Positions 7,964 through 12,713 of a DNA stretch of 12,713 nucleotides are shown here, piece by piece. The notes under the pieces were generated by a model, which worked only from the letters and a program-made list of their open reading frames with translations, did no database searches and was not told where the DNA came from. How positions within the stretch are numbered: the first letter of the stretch is position 1; each line of letters starts with the position of its first letter. This DNA is from Octopus sinensis (lineage: Eukaryota), in the NCBI RefSeq assembly GCF_006345805.1, contig NW_021826449.1, positions 1-12,713 on the forward strand, written 5' to 3'. The position numbers were made by a program, and so were the translations under genes.

Positions 7964-8701
7964 GGATCTTTTCGGTTTGAACGGTACTTTTTAATATAAT
8001 TTCTAGGTAACTAAAAAATTTTAAACTTCGTATACTGGTAGAATGTGTTTATAAAACATCTTCTTCTCTTGGCTTTATTGAGAAAATTCTATAGTTTGTA
8101 ACATATTTGGTCTTTAATTACTTGCATTTCGGCAATTTCAACCAATCAATGACCGTCTATTGAGGTGAAAACATTCTGTGCCGCATGAATATGTCCCTCG
8201 TTTAAGAAACAGATTGGGTTTATTTACATTTGTGAAGAAAAAAAAGATACCCTTCCCCCACCCCTAACCCTAACTAACCCTAAATCTAAAATAGATTGAA
8301 ATGCAATAGATCGATACTAGGGTCATAATTATGGGTGACAATTTCATATGACACCGCTAGATTTAGGGTTAGTTAGGGTTAGGGTTAGGGTTAGGGTTAG
8401 GGGTGGGGGGAGGGTATCTTTTTTCTTCACAAAATTAAATAAACCCAATCTGATTCTTAAACGAGGGACATATTCATACGGCACAGAATGCTTTTTAACT
8501 CAATAGACGCCAGTGATTGGTTGAATTGCAGAGATGCAAGAAATTAAAGACCAAAATATCTTACAAACTATAGAATTTTCTCAATAAAGCCAAGAGAAAA
8601 AGATGTTTTATAAACACATTCTTCTACCAGTACACGAAGTTTAAAATTTTTTAGTTACCTAGAAATTATGTTAAAAACTGCCGTTCAAACCGAAAAGATC
8701 C
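7964..8701. mobile_element. 738-bp foldback MITE with ~325/344-bp TIRs, a 69-bp spacer and an ~8-bp TSD
   Basis: Terminal 21 bp GGATCTTTTCGGTTTGAACGG are a perfect inverted repeat. Arms are 7964-8288 and 8358-8701. Flanks GAGTCTGC (7956-63) and TAGTCTGC (8702-09) match 7/8. Confidence 0.9.
8363..8402 (+). repeat. Telomere-type TTAGGG repeats inside the MITE arm (mirror CCCTAA units at 8262-8283)
   Basis: TTAGGG TTAG (TTAGGG)5, followed by G-runs to 8414. Confidence 0.9.
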
Positions 8702-8966
8702 TAGTCTGCTATTTTTTTGGTTTTTGTAATGGAATTTTTATATATTCATATATGTATTTATGTGCAGCAGATTCGAAATCGAATCGCTGGCCAGCCATAG
8801 AAATGTCACATTGAATTAACTATTGTTTCACGAGGTCGGCTGCCTAACCAACAAATCAGTGTCAAGCCATCACGTAATTCGACTTTTTAGAAGGCCTATA
8901 AAAAGGCGGATTTTTAGCGACAGCTTCGGAATGCCGAGACAATAGTTTCAAATATTTCATACTCAC

Positions 8967-9213
8967 GTTTTCATTCTCCATTCGTGCAGATTGAAAGGAC
9001 AGATTCAATATGTCAGACAGTTGTTTTAACAAATACAAAATCTTGTTTTCATTCTCCAGCCATCCAGGTTGAATGTACAGATTTGCCGCCATTAATTTAG
9101 TACAATACTTCCTCAATTGTGACGGCCTAGTTACAGATCGATATGTATAAGATATTTTGTCGTAAACCTTAGAGTTTTGTCTTTCCCAGTGTGTATAAAT
9201 TGTAGTTTTTATT
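8967..9213 (-). other. Candidate coding exon of an unidentified gene
   Basis: The frame is open stop-to-stop for 118 codons (9215-8862). There is a GTGAGT donor at 8966-8961 in phase 0, and possible acceptors give exon starts at 9213 or 9126. Peptide IKTTIYTHWERQNSKVYDKISYTYRSVTRPSQLRKYCTKLMAANLYIQPGWLENENKILYLLKQLSDILNLSFQSARMENEN; no family recognised. Confidence 0.3.
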
Positions 9214-9382
9214 CTTCATTCAAAGACGAACACAGAAAACACTATGTGCAGTAAATAAAGATTCTGTTAATTGTTTGTGAGTGTTGTTTATCATTTTACA
9301 TGCAGCCAACAATCCAACAACCATAATAGAAGAACAAACACTTGCGATATATGTATGTGTCATTATTCAGTTTTATTTCAAG

Positions 9383-9619
9383 ATTTCTTATTTCTTAACT
9401 GCACACAAGGGGCTAAACACAGAGGGGACAAACAAGGACAGACAAACAGATTAAGTCGATTACATCGATCCCAGTGCGTAACTGGTACTTAATTTATCGA
9501 TCCCGAAAGGATGAAAGGCAAAGTCGACCTCGGCGGAATTTGAACTCAGAACGTAACAGCAGAAGAAATACGGCTACACATTTCGCCCGGCGTGCTAACA
9601 TTTCTGCCAGCTCGCCGCC
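9383..9619 (-). mobile_element. Full-length tRNA-derived SINE (OK-like)
   Basis: Minus strand begins GGCGGCGAGCTGGCAGAAATGTTAGCACGCCGGGCG; same body as 1109-1340; AAGAAAT tail. Candidate TSD TTTATTTCAAG (9372-82) / TTTGTTTCAAG (9620-30). Confidence 0.9.
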
Positions 9620-9997
9620 TTTGTTTCAAGAAATCTTACCAATAGAGAAAGAATCGGTTTCTCACCTAGATCCAAGGCTACGTCATTGGAATTTCAACTT
9701 TAATAGGGTATTTTGTTTGCATGTGAGTATATGTGCAGTATTTAGAAGCAGCGCAGATCTGTATGTTTCGTTTTATGTTTTCTCATGCATGTATTTGCAT
9801 ATCTAGACATGCGCATATATACTCAAATGGTAAACTTCTGGAGAGCTTTACAGGTTTTTACAGTTCTAGTGATGGCTTTGATCTGTAGTCTTCGAATGAG
9901 CTTTCTCCATTCTGGTTTTGAGAAGCTTAATTTCTCAAGATTGGTACCTAGTCAAATATTCCAGTGTTCCAATGATTACAAGTACAAACCTGTAATT

Positions 9998-10058
9998 GTA
10001 TGTATGTATGTATGTATGTATGTATGTATGTATGTATGTATGTATGTATGTATGTATG
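9998..10058. repeat. (TATG)n microsatellite
   Basis: Pure tetranucleotide run. Confidence 0.95.
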
Positions 10059-10685
10059 AGTGTGCATATTGGCAGAACGCCCTACCTCTTCTACCAATGC
10101 CCTCTGTCTTTCTGCAACAGCTCAAGGGGATGCATATTGGTGCTAGTGACAAAGACGAAGTGTGTGTTTGTGTAACAATCTATCATCCCTCGGGAGAATA
10201 ACCACTGTTAAGTAGAATGAAAAGGAAAAGAATCTCCGAACTGATGTCTGCTCTGAATTTATATAAATTAATAAACACGATATTCAATAATTATCAGCTT
10301 TTAAAAGCGGAATTCACTATTACTGGTTACTCGTTCAAAGATCTAGAAAATATATTTCTTTAAATGTCACCAGCTGCAAGAAAACAAACACGATCAGTAT
10401 GTCGTGTTTACATTTTAAGCAAATTTTGATCGTCAGCTATAATAAACAAACCATCGAACCAGCGAGTAAACGATATTGACTTCTGTTTCTTTGGTAAGCA
10501 AATTCGGCACTGTTAATAGTATATTGAATTCCATCGTCTGGAGTTGTGTCTTAATACGTGTAATTCGTAACATATGTCTCAAGTTTATAAATAGTTTTGT
10601 TTCTTTCCATTCTACTTGAGAAGGTTTATTTTAGAATGCAATTCATTGCATCAATATATATACAATATATAATGTCTAATATCAT

Positions 10686-10688
<3 letters not shown>

Positions 10689-10763
<75 letters not shown>
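10689..10763. repeat. (CA)n microsatellite
   Basis: 75-nt pure run. Confidence 0.97.
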
Positions 10764-10766
<3 letters not shown>

Positions 10767-10861
10767 ATTGTTCTGCCTAAACTGTCCGTTTCTTTATATG
10801 TACTCGAAATCTCCATTGAATCGAATAAGCGAATCTCGGGTCATATATGAGAACACATTTC

Positions 10862-11375
10862 GTACGTACGTACGTATGTATGTATGTATGTATGTATGTA
10901 TGTATGTATGTATGTATGTATGTATGTATCTATGCATGTATGTATGTATGTATGTATGTATGTATGTATGTATGCATGTATGCAAGCATGCATGCATGCA
11001 TGCATGTATGTATGTATGTATGTATGTATGTATGTATGTATGTATGTATGTATGTATGTATGTATGTATGTATGCATGCATGCATGCATGCATGTATGTA
11101 TGTATGTATGTATGTATGTATGTATGTATGTATGTATGCATGCATGCATGTATGTATGTATGTATGTATGTATGTATGCATGCATGCATGTATGTATGCA
11201 AGCATGCATGCATGTATGTATGTATGTATGTATGTATGTATGTATGTATGTATGTATGTATGTATGTATGCATGTATGCATGCATGCATGCATGCATGTA
11301 TGTATGTATGTATGTATGTATGTATGTATGTATGTATGTATGTATGTATGCATACATGCATGTATGTATTTATGT
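10862..11375. repeat. Long (TATG)n array with CATG and TACG variant blocks
   Basis: Direct reading; source of the MYVC/HTYI ORF artefacts. Confidence 0.97.
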
Positions 11376-11816
11376 GGTTGCTGGAAGTTTGAAAGAAAGA
11401 ATGAAACACGAGAAAATCAGGAGAAAGCTTAGAAAGAATGAAGGAGTATTGATTTTTACGAGTAATTTTTGTAGGGGGAAATGCTTTAAGTCATACAGGC
11501 CTGGTCAGCCATCAAATAAGCCACAGGAATCGAACCCTTGTAAATTGTGATACATGTATTGTTCACAACAGAATATGTGCAATCTGTGGAAAGGTGTGTC
11601 CTGTTCAGTCGTCGAATTGAAAAGACATGTCGAAAGACTTCATACTATGACAACGGTCCCTTCTGCCAACCAGCACAACTGTGCATTATGCAATAGAATG
11701 TGCAAATCTTTGGCGGGGCTCAAGAGTCGTATATGGGCCTCACATTGCATTATCAACGATTCATTTCAATGATTCTTTCTAGCAATGGCTTTGTTCGTGT
11801 ACGAGAAAGCAGTCAC
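11376..11816 (+). mobile_element. 3' end of a decayed RTE-clade LINE (ORF C-terminus plus 3'UTR), 5'-truncated
   Basis: Across frameshifts: GCWKFE..ERMKHEKIRRKLRK, then two C2H2-like knuckles CAICGKVC..LKRHVERLH (from 11576) and CALCNRMCKSLAGLKSR (from 11680). This resembles the FE..R..KR..RK / C..C.R.C.S..GL.SH end of RTE ORFs. A short UTR runs straight into (TATG)n. Confidence 0.65.
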
Positions 11817-12228
11817 TATGTATGTATGTATGTATGTATGTATGTATGTATGTATGTATGTATGTATGTATGTACGTATGTATGTATGTATATGTGCATG
11901 CATGTATGTATGTATATTATGTATGTATGTATGTATGTATGTATGTATGTATGTACGTACGTACGTACGTACGTATGTATGTATGTATGTATGTATGTAT
12001 GTATGTATGTATCTATGTATGTACGTATGTATGTATGTATGTATATGTGCATGCATGTATGTATGTATGTATGTATGTATGTACGTACGTACGTACGTAC
12101 GTACGTACGTATGTATGTATGTATGTATGTATGTATGTATGTATGTATGTATGAATGTATGTATGTATGTATGTATGTATGTATGTATGTATGTATGTAT
12201 GTATGTATGTATGTATGTACGTACGTAC
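11817..12228. repeat. Long (TATG)n array with TACG and CATG blocks
   Basis: Direct reading of the sequence. Confidence 0.97.
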
Positions 12229-12713
12229 AAACGAACGGCTGAACTCAGTAAAGGTTCAACGACTATCTAGCATGAGCCCTCAGAAATTCCGGGCTGGTGT
12301 CCGGCGCGCTGGAAGACCACAGGTTCTGAGGTACCCCATAGATTTTGCTAAAGCATGGCTCCAGCAACTCACTTAGATATAAAACCAGATATGCACGGAG
12401 TGACATTGAACATTTTGGGAATCTTTTACTTGCGCTTGAAATCATGGCTTTCCTACATTCCTGGGCCTGCAATTCATATTGGTACAGAATATTTTGCCCT
12501 GGCTTGTCTCTGGATCATGTCAGTAGGGTGGAGAAGGTCTATGAGATGCGGTGAAAGTCTGTGCAATTGCCGGCGAAGCGACTAAGGAGTGCGCTGCGGC
12601 GAACATGGAAGCTGCGGAGGCGAACCCGGGTGAAAACGATGTGGTGCAATAACCTTGCATGGGCATTGCTGGCATTTTGTATGGGCAGTGGTCATTCATG
12701 TTTTCCCTGGGTC
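12229..12713 (+). mobile_element. Possible 5' region of an RTE-like LINE, running off the window
   Basis: Abruptly GC-richer sequence right after the array. Phrases such as CCCTCAGAAATTCCGGGCTGGTGTCC, TGCCCTGGCTTG, TGGATCATGTCAGTAGGGTGGAGAAGG and GGCGAAGCGACTAAG recall RTE 5'UTRs. Recognition is from memory only, and no ORF motif was seen. Confidence 0.35.

Noticed and set aside
8906-8921. GCGGATTTTTAGCGAC, similar to hammerhead stem II at 5471-5485
   Set aside because: It is a short isolated match without the core or stem I, so probably chance.
10420-10493. Possible plus-strand exon (TTTTAAG| ... |GTAAGC)
   Set aside because: It has stops in all three frames and cannot continue the phase-2 ORF from 7262-7293; splice-like motifs are common by chance.
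10768-12270. Many long ORFs (MYVC/HTYI repeats)
   Set aside because: They are translations of stop-free (TATG)n microsatellites in several frames, not genes.
12254-12385. Group I intron R-like motif GTTCAACGACTA with a partial S-like TAGATATA
   Set aside because: There is no TAGTC to form P7, no other core helices are evident, and the context is nuclear repeat DNA.
12229-12713. HDV-like ribozyme expected at an RTE 5' end
   Set aside because: GGCGAA motifs occur, but no P1/P3/L3 pseudoknot arrangement could be assembled by eye.

Overview
AT-rich, microsatellite-dense eukaryotic (animal) DNA with no intact protein-coding gene. The tRNA-derived SINE families resemble the octopus OK/OR types, so a coleoid cephalopod (Octopus-like) origin is inferred. 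Contents: (1) a ~3.6-kb decayed hAT/Buster transposon (794-4404) with both TIRs, carrying a nested SINE, a nested opposite-strand Chapaev3-like (CMC) transposase fossil and a perfect 18-bp minisatellite; (2) three long inverted repeats (275-621, 5312-5582, 7964-8701), the last a MITE carrying TTAGGG repeats; (3) several SINE copies, including an inverted pair that brackets a candidate exon; (4) RTE-like LINE fragments embedded in long (TATG)n arrays. The best lead is in the perfect 126-bp inverted repeat at 5312-5582. It contains a sequence that folds as a minimal type-I hammerhead ribozyme with a swapped G3:C8 core pair and a palindromic (dimer-type) stem III, pointing to a Penelope-like/retrozyme-like non-autonomous element. 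Most listed ORFs are microsatellite artefacts. All family assignments come from motif recognition by eye, not database searches.
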